A stretch of DNA of 64,000 bases, taken from Mobula birostris. Lineage: Eukaryota. Below, piece after piece: positions 25,571 through 38,829 of the stretch (the stretch's first letter is position 1; every line of letters begins with the position of its first letter). The translations under genes and the position numbers were made by a program. The stretch lies in assembly GCF_030028105.1 (NCBI RefSeq), contig NC_092393.1, positions 33,457,248-33,521,247 of the forward strand, written 5' to 3'. The notes beneath the pieces were generated by a model that was given only the letters and a program-made list of their open reading frames with translations, ran no database searches and was not told where the DNA came from.

Positions 25571-28500
25571 CGTAGCTGAAATTTGAACTGTGCCTAGCCA
25601 CATAGGCATGGGTGTAGAGAGAGTAGAGCAGTGGGCTAAACATACAGCCTTGAGGTGCACCAATGTTGATTGTCTGTGAGGGGGAGATGATATTCCTGAT
25701 CCACAGAGACTGTGGTCTCCCAGTGAGGAACTCAGGGATCTAGTTCCAGAGGGAAATACAATAACGCAGGTTTTGGAGCTTGTTGATTAGAATTGAGGGT
25801 ATGATTGTTGAATGCTGAGCTATAATCAATAAGCAGTAGCCTGATATTAGTATTACGTTTATCCAGGAGCTTCAAGGCCAAATGGAGAACCAGTGAGATT
25901 GTATCCAGTGTAGACTTATTGTGATGATAATGAACCTGCAGTGGAACCAGCTCCATGCTTAGACAAGAGCTGATTCTAGTCTTGACAACCCCCTCAAAGC
26001 ACTTCATCTAGGTAGATCTGACTGCCACTGGGTGATAGTCATTGAGACAGCTCACCCTGCTCTTCTTGGGCACTGGTATCATCGTCACCCTTTTGAAGCA
26101 GGTGGGAACTTCCAACTGCAGCAGTGAGAGTTTGAAGATGCCCTTGAACAGTCCCACCAACTGGTTAGCAGAGGTTTTCGGAGGGTTTCCAGGCCTTGCA
26201 AGGTTTCAGTCTCTTGAAAGACGTTCTGACGTCGGCCTCTGTGTCAGAGATCACAGAGTCACTCGATGCTGTAGGGATTCACTCGTGTAGTTTTATTCTC
26301 CCTTTCAAAGTGTGCATAAGAGATGTTGATCTCATCTGGGAGTGAAGTATCACAGCTATTTATGATGTTAGGTTTTGCTCTATAGGAAATAACGGCCTGC
26401 AACCCTGCCAGAGCTGACATGTGTCCGATTCCATCTCTAACGTTAACTGGAAATGTGCAGGTAGTACCTGGACTTCTTATATAGTTCTGCTTCATCAGTC
26501 CTGAATGCCACAGACATAGTCCAAACCAGACTATCAATCTCCTGGTTCATCCATGGCTTATGGTTTGAGTATGTCTGGTATGCTCATGAAAGCATGCACT
26601 CATCCACACAGGTCCTGATGAAGCTGGTGACAACTGTGGAGAATTCATTCAGACTCAAAGATGAAATCCTGAATATTGTCCAGTCCAGTGACTCAGCTAG
26701 TCTTGTAAGAGCTCTGTTGCCTCCCCTGACTATACTTCTTAGTCCTCACCTCTAGTGCTGTGGTCTTAGAATCTGTCTGTGTGCTAGGAGTAGAAGTACA
26801 GCCGGGTGATTGGACTTTCCAAAGTGTAGGCGTGGGATGGCGTGGTAAGCTTTCTTGATGGTGGTGTAACAACGACCAAGTGTGTTGGCCCTTCTGGTTC
26901 CACAAGTGATAATGTTGATGGTAGTTGTTCAGAGACTTCTTCAAGCTGACCTGGTTGAAATCTCCCGCAATGATAGGGAAGGCATCACGATACACTGTTT
27001 TGCTGATTACAGTACTCAGCTCCTCCAGTACATGCCTGACGTTGGCCTGAGGCAGAATGTGAACCACTACCAGGATGATGGCAGAAACCTCCCATGGCGG
27101 GTAAAAAGGACGACATTTGATAACTAGATGTTCCAGGTCAGGTGAATAGGACTGAGACAGAACTGCCACAGCTGTGCACCACACTGAGTTAATCAGAAAG
27201 CATACTACACCTCTTCGCCTTTAAGAGGCTGAGCTCTCCTGTCTTTGCAAAGAACGATGAAGCCATTAGGCTGCAGCGCTGCATCCAAAATGGTGAGGGG
27301 CAGCTTTGTTTCTGTGAAGCAAAGTACACAGCAATGACATCCCTTTGGTACAGCAATCTTGCTGTGAGGTCTTTATTTTTATTTTCCGGAGGTTGTACGT
27401 TCGCCAGCAGGAGACTCAGAAGAAGTGGGGATGGGGTTGGTTCTAAGGTTTCAGTATTTCAAATCATACATGTAACCAATGCCCTATCCCCTTCTGTTTT
27501 CTGTAAGCGGAACTGCAGTCCAGGATCCGTCGATTTTGAGTATAAATAGATATTCTAAACATCTTTAAACAATGCCGCTTACTGAACTGCCCACAGCTGT
27601 GACTGGATTTCAGTTGTAGTACTCCTAAACGGGAACATTTGACTCTTTGACGTGAAGGGTCGCCATTTATCAGCACCATCTTAATCGGCTTGTCCAACCG
27701 TTACATGTCTTTCATGTCGCAGCACAATTTCTTACATTTATGTAGATCTCTTGACAAATAGCATTCCGTTTTGTTACATATCTTTAGCAATGCAGTACCA
27801 AAACAGCAAAGTTATAGACATTAATCTTTCCTCCTTCCCTTTCGCATTATTTGCAAAAGGGGTTGTAATGCCTTTGCAATGTGGTGATATATAAGCCAAA
27901 TACTGGACTGATTAATGACTAGGCTATTTCTAACTAAGTAGTCCTCGAGATTGATGATCATGCAGTATACAATTACACCATACTAAATACTACAGTACGG
28001 TCAGTATTGGAAAGAGCAACAGAAGAATCCAATGATTGAGAGGGGTATGAGACAACCCTCCCCCACCCATTACAAGTTTCTTTTATCTCTTTCCCATGTC
28101 TGAGGAAAGGTGTGTTCCTCTTCCCACAGATGCAAACTGACTTGCGAAGTGTCTCAGGCACTTCTTATTTTTTATTTTATGTTTCCTGTGGAAGTTTACT
28201 CTGCTGGCCTTAAAAGTAGGCAGGAAGACAAAATACCCAGTTCTACAGTCTAACAGTCACGACCTCAATGCAATGCCTGGCCAAGGTAAAAGACAACTGC
28301 TATGTGAGAGAGTGGTTTCCCATCCACTTGCCAAAACTATAAATCTACTTCAAGGCTAATTAATAGGTTTGCAGTGAGCTCACAAAAGCATAATAGAGAT
28401 TAATATGTACTATTGAATTCAAGGTCTATCTCTAAATGTCAAAATACAATATTAAGCTCAAATAAAAGTCTAAACTATAATTATGAATTATTATGGACAA

Positions 28501-30011
28501 TCAACTAGTAATATTTGTTATTGTGACTGATTTAACATCAGTCTCGATTGAATTATCATCAAAGTGTTGAAACTATGAAGGATATGACCCAAGTAACTTT
28601 GAGGTGCATTTGCAGACAACTTGGAAATGAAAGACAGATGGAAATTTACAAATGTTATTTTGGCAGCACTTTACTTCCACCGTTTTCTGTTTTTAATTTT
28701 AGAACATCCAGTGGGTCAGCCAGTGGTATTTTACTGAAATTATTTTCTTTGTTGTTGAAAACAGAAGAGTTGGGGTAGACGAGAGAGAAATTTCACGGTA
28801 GGTTCAGGAGAATGAACGCTTCCTCCTCCATTTAGTAGTGCATGGCTTGGTTTAATTCTAATCATGATGACAACTGAAAAAAAAGGATCTTTTCCAGCAA
28901 CAGAAGGAAGAAACCTCCCACTGCCGCAGTGAAGCCATGACTGAAGGTGGCTAAGCGTATCAGGCAGACGGAGTTATATACTCCTGAGTTATCTGTTGGA
29001 ATCACTTTCATAACCCAAACAGATTAGGAAAATGAAGAAAAGCATATATTCCCATGTACATTACTTCTTCCCTTTCTCTATTAAATCTACTCTGTAGCCT
29101 AACCCTTTATATCTAGTTATACTGTAAGAGCTCCCATCATTTCCCTCCTTGTAATTCCTATGTGTTTTTACGCAAGTTAATACCTTCCCACGACCATTGA
29201 AATCTGCATATGGTGGGATAACACCAGCCACTCCAATCACATCTAGATTTCAATGAGGAAAACACAAAACACTTGTGAGAAAACCAGAGGTAGCCTGCTG
29301 CAGATTTCCTTGATGATAGGAGAGGGGTCACTATTAATGGCATTTCAGTGTGCCTCTCCATTACAGGTGGAAAGCCACAGCAGTTAGTGACAGAATTAAA
29401 TGGCAATGACCATGGTTTTATACAGCACTATATTTTATTACTTCATTTGTGTGCAGGTTAGTTGAAATATTCTCACATTGCAAGCACTAATTTATCTCTT
29501 TTCTGTGCCAGTACCTTATGATCACAACAGAAGTCAATGACCTCTGGAATGACGTATCTTATTTCTTTTGTGGGTCACAGGATTTTTTCATATTTTCTAC
29601 TAGTACATATACTTTCTTAGATAAGTAGTTGAATTTTTACTGGTGACCAACAGATTACAAGTGAATAAGCACAGACACTTGTGGTTGTACATGAGCTGGA
29701 GTGGGTCTCTATTTTCATCTCCTTAGCATTCCTTTCTTCTCTACTTCACTCACCTGAAATCTGGGGAAGTTTTTTTTTCCTTCATTTTTTCCCCAGTTCC
29801 AATCCTCTTTACAGTGCAACATTACATTCCACCCTCAGCTTTGCTAGTGAATAGTAAAAAGGTATTTCCAGATCTGTTCAAGTATCTCAATCACATTTTC
29901 AGCCTGATGCTTCTTTACTCAGCAACATATTTGAGGCTGTCAATGTGCCAGTATTGAACTCCTTTGAAAAATTCTTTGCCTTCTTCTGGCACCCAGTATT
30001 TATGTGTGGAA

Positions 30012-30607
30012 GCAAAGATGGTGCAGGTGAAGCTGTTGATGGGCCCAAGAGCAGGGAACGATCAGAGGTATGATCAACTTAAGCACCAGACCAAACTGGA
30101 AAAGTTGGTTTCAGGCTGAATCGAGATGGTAGAGCCCCGACCTGAGAGTGTTTTAAAGTGGCAGGGCCTGGGGTCAGAGTGTATCGAAGCAGCAGGGCCT
30201 GGATTTGAGAGCGGGGTACGACCCAAGGTTTGGACGATTTAAGCACAAGCCTAGATTGGAAAAGTCAGGGTGTTGGGGCCAGAGGCAAGGGATGGGCTGG
30301 TTCATCTCACTGCTCCACGAGGTTTACTGACCTGAGGCTGTGGTCTTCAACTATTGAGCTTCTATATTGGCTGCAGTGATGACTAGCTTTGTGGCTGTGG
30401 ACTCACTTTCGTGAATTTCAGTTCTGAATGATATTTGCTTACTTTTATTGTTTGCACGATTTGCTTTTTTTCTGCACATTGGGTGTTTGATGGTCTTTTT
30501 TAATAGATTCTATTGGGATTCTTTGTTTTGCAGCTGCCAGTGAGGAGCCAAATCTCAAGGTTGTATTTGGTATACATAGGTACTTTGATAACAAATGTAC
30601 TTTTTGA
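30012..30607 (+). mobile_element. Non-coding ~600-bp element with aagatgg 5' end and Rex1-type 3' tail
   Basis: Starts aaagatggtg, GC-rich body, ends gtactttgataacaaatgtactttttgaa; the 3' ~200 bp is shared with the Rex1 3' UTR copies at 14817 and 16668. Confidence 0.7.
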
Positions 30608-31392
30608 AATAAGAGTTTTGAATGCTCTAGGACAAAAAGTTCATTAAGCACTTAGTACAGGCTGGAATTAATCTTTCTTTGTGGTTGTACATCAGTGGAA
30701 CAATGATTAAATCATAGCTATTTCGTTTCACCAATTCACATAACTGATCCAATGTACAAGGGTTGCCACATGTACAATCAATGGAATCTTAAAACAACTA
30801 TCATACGATCTGGGTGTCCACTCATTCTGGCTGATAACATCACAGGCAAAGTTAATATCGTTGTCAGCCATCAACATTGATCTAGCTGCCTTATGCATTT
30901 AAATGAAGCTGGCTGGAATATTCTAGATACCACCCGTGCCCTTGTATCTGTATACAGGACAGTCAAGGTCGGTGTCATTGCCACTGGCATTGTATGGATA
31001 TTGGTTCTTCTAAATGCCTACCACAAACTATCATGGTAATCTGAAATGAGTGTTCTTATAATACATCAACAACTTTGGACCATGCCTGTACCTACTGCCG
31101 CCAATGACCTTGCCTTCCCTCATGGTTTATCATAACTGATTATTCATGGTGATCTTGACCATCATCTGAGATCCTCTAGTCAAGGTACAACCCTTTCTGG
31201 TCTTGAAAGCCCAAAGCACCTCAGTACTTAAGAAAATCCTGCCTATTGGCTGTTAAGAAAATGAGTTTTTGTGCCTGTACTTAATTTGTAATGAACTCCT
31301 GAATCACTGTGCAGTCCTTTTACTTAGTTGCAACACACATCAAAGTTGCTGGTGAACGCAGCAGGCCAGGCAGCATCTATACGAAGAGGTAC

Positions 31393-31428
31393 AGTCGACG
31401 TTTCGGGCCGAGGCCCTTTGTCAGGACT
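31393..31428 (-). ncRNA. Minimal hammerhead ribozyme motif, G8>A mutant
   Basis: Reverse complement: agtc CTGACAA a gggcctcggccc GAAA cgtc gact. Confidence 0.7.
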
Positions 31429-33183
31429 AGCTGAAAGAAGGGCTAATAAGAGATTTGAAAGTGGGAGGGGGAGGGGGAGATCCGAAATGATAGGTGAAGA
31501 CAGGAGGGGGAGGGATGGAGCCAACAGCTGGACAGGTGATTGGCAAAAGGGATATGAGAGGATCATAGGACAGGAGGCCCAGGGAGAAGGAAAAGGGGAA
31601 GGGGGGGAAAAACACAGAGGATGGGCAAGGGGTATAGTGAGAGGGACAGAGGGAGAAAAAGGAGAGAGAGAAAAAGAATGTGTGTATATAGATAAATAAA
31701 TAACGGATGGGGTACGAGGGGGAGATGGGGCATTAGCGGAAGTTTGAGAAGTCAATGTTCATGCCATCAGGTTGTAGGCTACCCAGACGGAATATAAGGT
31801 GTTGTTCCTCCAACCTGAGTGTGGCTTCATCTTTACAGTAGAGTAGGCCGTGGATAGAATGGGAATGGGATGTGGAATTAAAATGTGTGGCCACTGGGAG
31901 ATCCTACTTTCTCTGGCGGACAGAGCGTAGGTGTTCAACGAAACAATCTCCCAGTCTGCGTCGGGTCTCGGCAATATATAGAAGGCCCCATCGGGAGCAC
32001 TGTCTGGGGCCCTGAATGGTAGTGAGGGAGGAAGTAAAAGGGCATGTAGCACTTGTTCCGCTTACAAGGATAAGTGCCAGGAGGGAGATTGGTGGGGAAG
32101 GATGGGGGGGATGAATGGACAAGGGAGTCATGTAGGGAGCGATCCCTGCGGAAAGTGGGGGGGGGGAGGGAAAGATGTGCTTAGTGGTGGGATCCCGTTG
32201 GAGGTGGCGGAAGTTATGGAGAATAATATGTTGGACCCGGAGGCTGGTGGGGTGGTAGGTGAGGACAAACGGAACCCTATTCCTAGTGGGGTGGTGGGAG
32301 GATGGAGTGAGAGCAGATGTGCATGAAATGGGGGAGATGCGTTTGAGAGCAGAGTTGGTGGCGGAGGAAGGGAAGCCCACTTCTTTAAAAAATGAGAACA
32401 TCTCCTTCGTCCTGGAATGAAAAGCCTCATCCTGAGAGCAGATGCGGCGGAGACGGAGGAATTGCGAGAAGGAGATGGCATTTTTGCAAGAGACAGGGTG
32501 AGAAGAGGAATAGTCCAGATAGCTGCGAGAGTCAGTAGGCTTATAGTAGACATCAGTAGGTAAGCTGTCTCCAGAGGTAGAGACAGAAAGATCTAGAAAG
32601 GGGAGGGAGGTGTCGGAAATGGACCAGGTAAACCTGAGGGCAGGGTGAAAGTTGGAGGCAAAGTTAATGAAGCCAACAAGCTCAGCCGTCAGAGAAAGCA
32701 GGATCTCCCAGTGGCCACACATTCTAATTCCACGTCCCATTCCCATTCTGATATGTCTATCCACGGCCTCCTCTTCTGTAAAGATGAATCCACACTCAGG
32801 TTGGAGGAACAACACCTTATATTCCGTCTGGGTAGCCTCTGACCTGATGGCATGAACATTGACTTCTCAAACTTCTGCTAATGCCCCACCTCCGCCTTGT
32901 ACCCCATCCGTTATTTACTTATTTATATACACACATTCTTTTTCTCTCTCTCCTTTTTCTCCCTCTGTCCCCCTCACTGTACCCCTTGCCCATCCTCTGG
33001 TTTTCCCCCCCTCCCCCTTTTCTTTCTCCCTAGGCCTCCTGACCCATGATCCTCTCATATCCCATTTGCCAATCAACTGTCCAGCTCTTGGCTCCATCCC
33101 TCCCCCTCCTGTCTTCTCCTATTATTTCGGATCTCCCCCTCCCCCTCCCACTTTCAAATCTCTTACTAGCTCTTCTTTCAGTT

Positions 33184-33219
33184 AGTCCTGAAGAAGGGTC
33201 TCGATCCGAAACGTCAACT
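33184..33219 (+). ncRNA. Minimal hammerhead ribozyme motif, core intact, stem I mismatch
   Basis: agtc CTGAAGA a gggtctcgatcc GAAA cgtc aact. Confidence 0.75.
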
Positions 33220-34989
33220 GTACCTCTTCCTCGAGATGCTGCCTGGCCTGCTGCGTTCACCAGCAATTTTTATGTGTGTTGCTTGAAATTCCAGCGTCTG
33301 CAGATTTCCTCGTGTTTGCACTTTTACTTAGTTTCTATGGCAAATTTCAAGAGGTCTAGGAAATCCTTGTATATGAAATTAATTCAAAATCTCAAAATGT
33401 AGCTCCTTTAAATAATATCAGTGGTAATTTGCCTTGCTTGATTGGGTTATATATATTCATCAAAATGCCCTTGGATTAAATCTGACATTGAAGCTGGTTT
33501 CCAGCTGAATTTTTTGATGATTTTAACAAACCTTGTGGCCTTTGCTGATGACATTTCTCTGAAAATTTGTCTGTAGAATCAGACTTCTTTGCAAATACCA
33601 GTTCGAGTAAAAACCTAGATCAGGTTACTAAACGCTTCCATGAATCCAACAGAAATTCATACAAGCCCAATTCACATTAAGACCAAAACTGTAACAGATG
33701 CATCAACAATTAACTGGTGGACGCATTTTGTGTTCACATTAATCAGTTCAGTGTAAAATTTAAGGACTGCACATCTGGGAATTTAAGAAGGAGCTGGCTT
33801 GTTCCATCATCTTAATGTCTGTCGCTGTTTTTTTGAAAATATAATTGATCACAGCATTAATGGAGATAAGAGTATTGTAAATCATCAATGCCAGCAGAAG
33901 AGAGCTTCTAGTTTGATATTAAAGGAGTTCATTATCAATATCTCTTCCTATCTTTCACTTATTTAAAATTCATTTTTAAAGAATATGTATGTTTAAACTT
34001 CATACTTCACCTGATCAAGTTTCAAGGATGTGAGCTTGAGATCAGTTTCTTGCAGAATTTTATCCACTCCAAAATTTCCCCATTGAACTGAGAATGATTC
34101 TTTATTTCAAATCCCTCTTGCAGAGAAAGGAACAGTGTTAGATCAGGGCTATAACATATTCAGGAATCTTATATGCTATAAAAATAAGCTTCTACAAGTA
34201 CCAGCAGCGTACTCAATTATACATATATCATTCATGTTATTGATTTCTCCCTTTCCATTATAATTAAGCCTTTGCTTTGTAGCCTCATATAAATGACAGG
34301 ATGATATGAAGAAATTATCTTGGTGAAAAGTAATATCTCCTGTTTATAAGAATAATCAATCTTCTGGAAAATTTATGAGTTCATACCTACATGATAGAAC
34401 TCAAATCAAAATCCCAGAACAACTCATGGTGTCACTTACATCATCTTCCTTCACTTCTGACTTCCTGAGTGTTGTTTTCCTCCCAGCAAAGACAATCCAT
34501 AACACCTAGCAAGCTGTATCAGAGAAATTGTTTTGTCTTATTGGTGCACTTCTGTAACACAGTGGCAGGGTAATCTAGTACTACTAATAACACAAGAATG
34601 CAGGTGGGAAGAATTGGAGGGAAAGAGCTTTCTGTATCAACAGTGTTAGAAGCTACACAAAGGGCCCTGATGCTACCTCACATTGGCACAATACCATCAA
34701 TGGCTTACACAGAAAAATAAAGAATATTTATCAGTTTTGTTTCTGGTCATCTGGCAACTAAAAGTATAGTAAGTTTGCAAAATGATGGAATAACAAAGAT
34801 TAACTACTAATGACAAAAAAATGCACAAAAGTGAAGAAACTGAATATTACTTTCTGAAAGAGAATGATTTTAAGAACTTCAAAACAGAATTGCATTTGGA
34901 TCACTCCAGATTATTTTAATGACAAATGATATTACTTTGCAGAGAAGTGGTTTCAAAGATGGCAATAATGAACCCGTTCTGTTAGTTTG

Positions 34990-35290
34990 GTGGATTAGTG
35001 GTGTGGTATTGAACTCTACAGATCAGAATGACCTCTATTTCAATTACTGTTACTGGTTTGAGTTAAGGTGGCAGACAGAAATGCACAATTGGTCTTGATT
35101 CACACAAAGTGGTAAATGGAAAATCAGCCAGAGTTCCAACTTCTGATTGCTATCCATTGTGAAATTTAGTTGATGACAAGATTAGTCTGTGTATGAAATC
35201 TTCCAACCCCTATCACACTCACACATGACAAATGACCATCTCAGGAATTATTTCTGGACTGCAGGTGCAGATGTTCTTGCAGCTATTTTG
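34990..35290 (+). mobile_element. Possible ancient SINE remnant
   Basis: aaaatcagccagagttccaacttctgattgctatcc resembles a repeat I recall from shark genomes; not confirmed within this window. Confidence 0.3.
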
Positions 35291-35310
35291 CAACACAAGA
35301 CACCCTTTTA

Positions 35311-36150
35311 ATAGTCATAGTCATAGTCATACTTTATTGATCCCGGGGGAAATTGGTTTTCGTTACAGTTGCACCATAAATAATTAAATAGTAATAAAAC
35401 CATAAATAGTTAAATAGTAATATTTAAATTATGCCAGGAAATAAGTCCAGGACCAGCCTATTGGCTCAGGGTGTCTGACCCTCCAAGGGAGGAGTTGTAA
35501 AGTTTGATGGCCACAGGCAGGAATAACTTCCTATGAAGCTCTGTGTTGCATCTTGGTGGAATAAGTCTCTGGCTGAACGTACTCCTATGTCCAACCAGTA
35601 CACCACGCAGTGGATGGGAGACATTGTCCAAGATGGCATGCAACTTGGACAGCATCCTCTTTTCAGACATTGCCGTCAGAGAGTCCAGTTCCATCCCCAC
35701 AACATCACTGGCCTTACGAATGAGTTTGTTGATTCTGTTGGTGTCTGCTACCCTCAGCCTGCTGCCCCAGCACACAACAGCAAACATGATCGCACTGGCC
35801 ACCACAGACTTGTAGAACATCCTCAGCATCATCCGACAGATTTAAAGGACCTCAGTCTCCTCAGGAAATAGAGACGGCTCTGACCCTTCTTGTCGACAGT
35901 CTCAGTGTTCTTTGACCAGTCCAGTTTATTGTCAATTCGTATCCCCAGGTATTTGTAATCCTCCACCATGTCCACACTGAACCCCGGATGGAAACAGGGG
36001 TCACCGGTACCTTAGCTCTCCTCAGGTCTACCACCAGCTCCTTAGTCTTTTTCACATTAAGCTGCAGATAATTCTGCTCACACCATGTGACAAAGTTTCC
36101 TACCATAGCCCTGTACTCAGCCTCATCTCACTTGCTGAAGCATTCAACTA
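35311..36150 (-). mobile_element. 5'-truncated Rex1/Babar LINE
   Basis: WCEQNYLQLNVKKTKELVVDLRR, FYKSVVASAIMFAVVCWG, ILDNVSHPL; (atagtc)n tail at 35311-35331. Confidence 0.9.
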
Positions 36151-36749
36151 AGAATGGGATCTTAAGGTACATCACACAACCTAACTTAAGAACATCCTTC
36201 AAAGCCATTTCTGGTTTTCTTTACTGAAAGACAATAACTTTCTACTAGGCATGTTTTAACCACTGGTGTTGCACTATGTAGGACCACAGGGATAAGGAGC
36301 ACAAAAGGCAGTCAACAGGAGAATGAACAAAGATGATTAGTTGATGCTTGTATTATACTTGGCAAGTTTTCATTAACCAACGAGGTTTTGCGTATTGATT
36401 TTTTTTTTTACTTTGGCATTGTGGTCAGTGATAGAATGAAAGCAAAGCTATCAATTGTTGGTGAATGTGGAATTACATAGGTAGTATTTCTTGGTAGTGC
36501 ACTCAAACAATTTGTTCTATAAAGTACGGCTATGCCTCGGTTGTACCATTGCTTCCTTCCCCAACATCTTCTACTCCCTGGCCACCTCATCCTTATTCTT
36601 TTCACCATAGTGATTAAGGTCATGCCACCATGGGAAACTCAAATAAAGGTGAGGGCAATATAATAGGATGGATAGAGGAGTGAGTAAAGAAAAACAGAAG
36701 TGAAATAAATACATGAATTCAGTAGCTAGTAAGAAGCCATGGTTATCAG

Positions 36750-37340
36750 GGGTGGGTAAATTGGTTTATTATTTTCACGTGTACTGAGGTACAATGAAAA
36801 ACATGCCTTGCAAACCATCTATACAGATCAATTTATTAAAATGGTGCATGAAGGTAGTTCAAGATAAAACAACAACAGAATGAAGAATGAAGTGTTACGG
36901 TGCTTAGAAAGTGCAGTGCAGGTAGACAGTAAGTTGCAAGGTCAAAGGAAGATAAATTGTGAGATTAAAAGTACATTTTACTGTACCAGGAAACAGTTCA
37001 ATAGTCTTATAGCTGCATGGTAGAAGCTCCCCTTGAGTTTGGTAGTATGCGCTTTCATACTTTTATATCTTCTGCCTGATAGGAGAGGAGAGAAGAGAGA
37101 ATGTCTGGGGAGGGTGGGATTTTTGATTATGCTAGCTGCTTTACGGAGACGGTGATTAGTGCAGATAGAGTCATTGAAGAAGGGCTGATTACTGAACTGT
37201 GTCCACAGCTCTGCAGTTTCTTGCAGTTGCGGGCAGAACATTTGCCATACCAAGATGTAATGCATTTGGTTAGGGTGCTTTCCACGGTGCATCGATAAAT
37301 CGGTGAGCATCAAAGCAGATACGACAAATTTCTGAGGAAG
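36750..37340 (-). mobile_element. Rex1/Babar LINE 3' fragment
   Basis: KAASIIKNPTLPRHSLFSPLLSGRRYKSMKAHTTKLKGSFY, plus 3' UTR. Confidence 0.85.
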
Positions 37341-38829
37341 CAGTCTTAAAAATGATTGTCAACTGTTTGATCTTAATAATGGAGAAGGATAGAGGAGGTG
37401 TCAGAGAGATTCCATTGAACTTTTGAAGTTGGAGATAAGTTTATCAAATTGCAAAAGCATTTTCTTTGTCAATGGTTTAATGACAATGTTTGAGGTGGGC
37501 TTTGTGAACTGCAAGTTCTGAATAGTGTATTGTAGTGAAAGGGCATAATAGAAAGATTGGGATAGTTGCTAGTGTACTCTAGTAGTTCACAACTTCCTCA
37601 AAAGGAAATAAATTTAGTATCAGAATGTATTCTTCCTGCTGAAAGAGCAGATATGTAATTGTAATACAAGTGCCTTGTACTCTAGCTTGAAAGATATTTG
37701 TTATATAAAAGATCATGTTCATGTTTGCCTTGACAAACCATTCTCCTCTTCTAGTCAACCTGGTTTTCCAGCTGGAACATGTGGTATGTTTTTGCTCAGT
37801 GTTTCTAATTTAGGCTGATGTCAAAGAATTGGTCACAAAGTACGCTGGGTGACATGGTCACCTGCTTAACCCACATCTTGTTCCTCTGATTGTCAGCTTC
37901 CAGCATATTTTCTGCTCCCCAGGTACTATATTCATCTGCCTTGTTATGATGTATTGCAGGGAGAATGCCTTTGAATGCATCCATTTCTGAGAGGAACTGT
38001 TTATTATCAAAGCCCTGAAGTTAAAATTAGCTTTGCCAGCCTTTGGTTTCCATCTGCTGGAGAATTTAGCAACTTTGAGAATGTCTAGAAGGATCAAACA
38101 TTAGTTGGTGAACTAACTCAGCAGCTAGTTGAAGCCAGCCAACAATTAACCTGCAAATAGTGATTGATCCTTTTAAATAAAGCTGGCAGGTTCTCACTTC
38201 TGCTGCTGAACACTTCTTCAGCTGTTCAAGGCTGACGAACATTGTTGGCTGTGATGTTGGCTTCCAGTTTAGCAGTGCTGGTGTGATTGATATCACAATC
38301 TGCTTATTCTATGCAGTGCCAGACTTATGCCATGTATGTTTGTGCACATATCTGTTGCCTTATTGGAACCAATTCAAAATCCATTGCATTCAAGTAATGG
38401 GCACTAAGCAGCTAATTTTTTCAGCGCTTAGTGCTTATTACTTTGATGTAATGGATGCTGATCTGAAGGTCAGTGAATTCTGTGAGCACTGGACAAGGGG
38501 AACTGAGACAAAGATCCAAGAAGCTACAGGAGCTGAAATCTGAGGCAAGCTATTAAAACAACCTATTGCCAGAAAGCAGTCACTGCAGAATCAGGAACAC
38601 CTGAAGATCTTCCAGTGAGCACAATGAACAGGAAAATAGGGGGCCAATAAGGACTTTAAAGAGTTTAAAAGAGTGGAATGTGGTGAGATAAAGGCTATTC
38701 CACTACATTTGAGAAGAGTGGTTGTCAAAAATACACACAAAAAGAGCAATTTCAGTTAGAAAGCCTGAGCAATGTTTGAAAGTCAGAATGCAAATACAGT
38801 GATCTATAGAAAATGTCTGAATGGAGTAA

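Larger units (their letters stand above)
20961..27690 (-). mobile_element. Near full-length degenerate Rex1/Babar LINE hosting three nested insertions
   Basis: 3' tail at 20961. RT C-terminus 21771-22176 and 24681-24988. RT core 25571-26540 (FSPLLYSLYTH, LLIDYSSAFN, MKCFEGVV). APE 26693-27400 (CRPFYPPWE, IIAGDFNQ). 5' end near aagatggtgctg (reverse complement, ~27671-27682). Confidence 0.85.
31330..33319. mobile_element. Penelope-like element (Neptune-type), inverted structure: minus arm 31330-~32686, plus arm ~32686-33319
   Basis: RT C-terminus LPFLDLSV..DVYYKPTDS, endonuclease LYIAETRRRLGDCFVEHL and RLEEQHLIFRLGSL. Pseudo-LTRs in opposite orientation at both ends. Confidence 0.95.

Noticed and set aside
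30700-31310. Possible L2-type endonuclease relic (LIIHGDLDHHL at ~31136-31170)
   Set aside because: Single weak motif; not enough to set boundaries.
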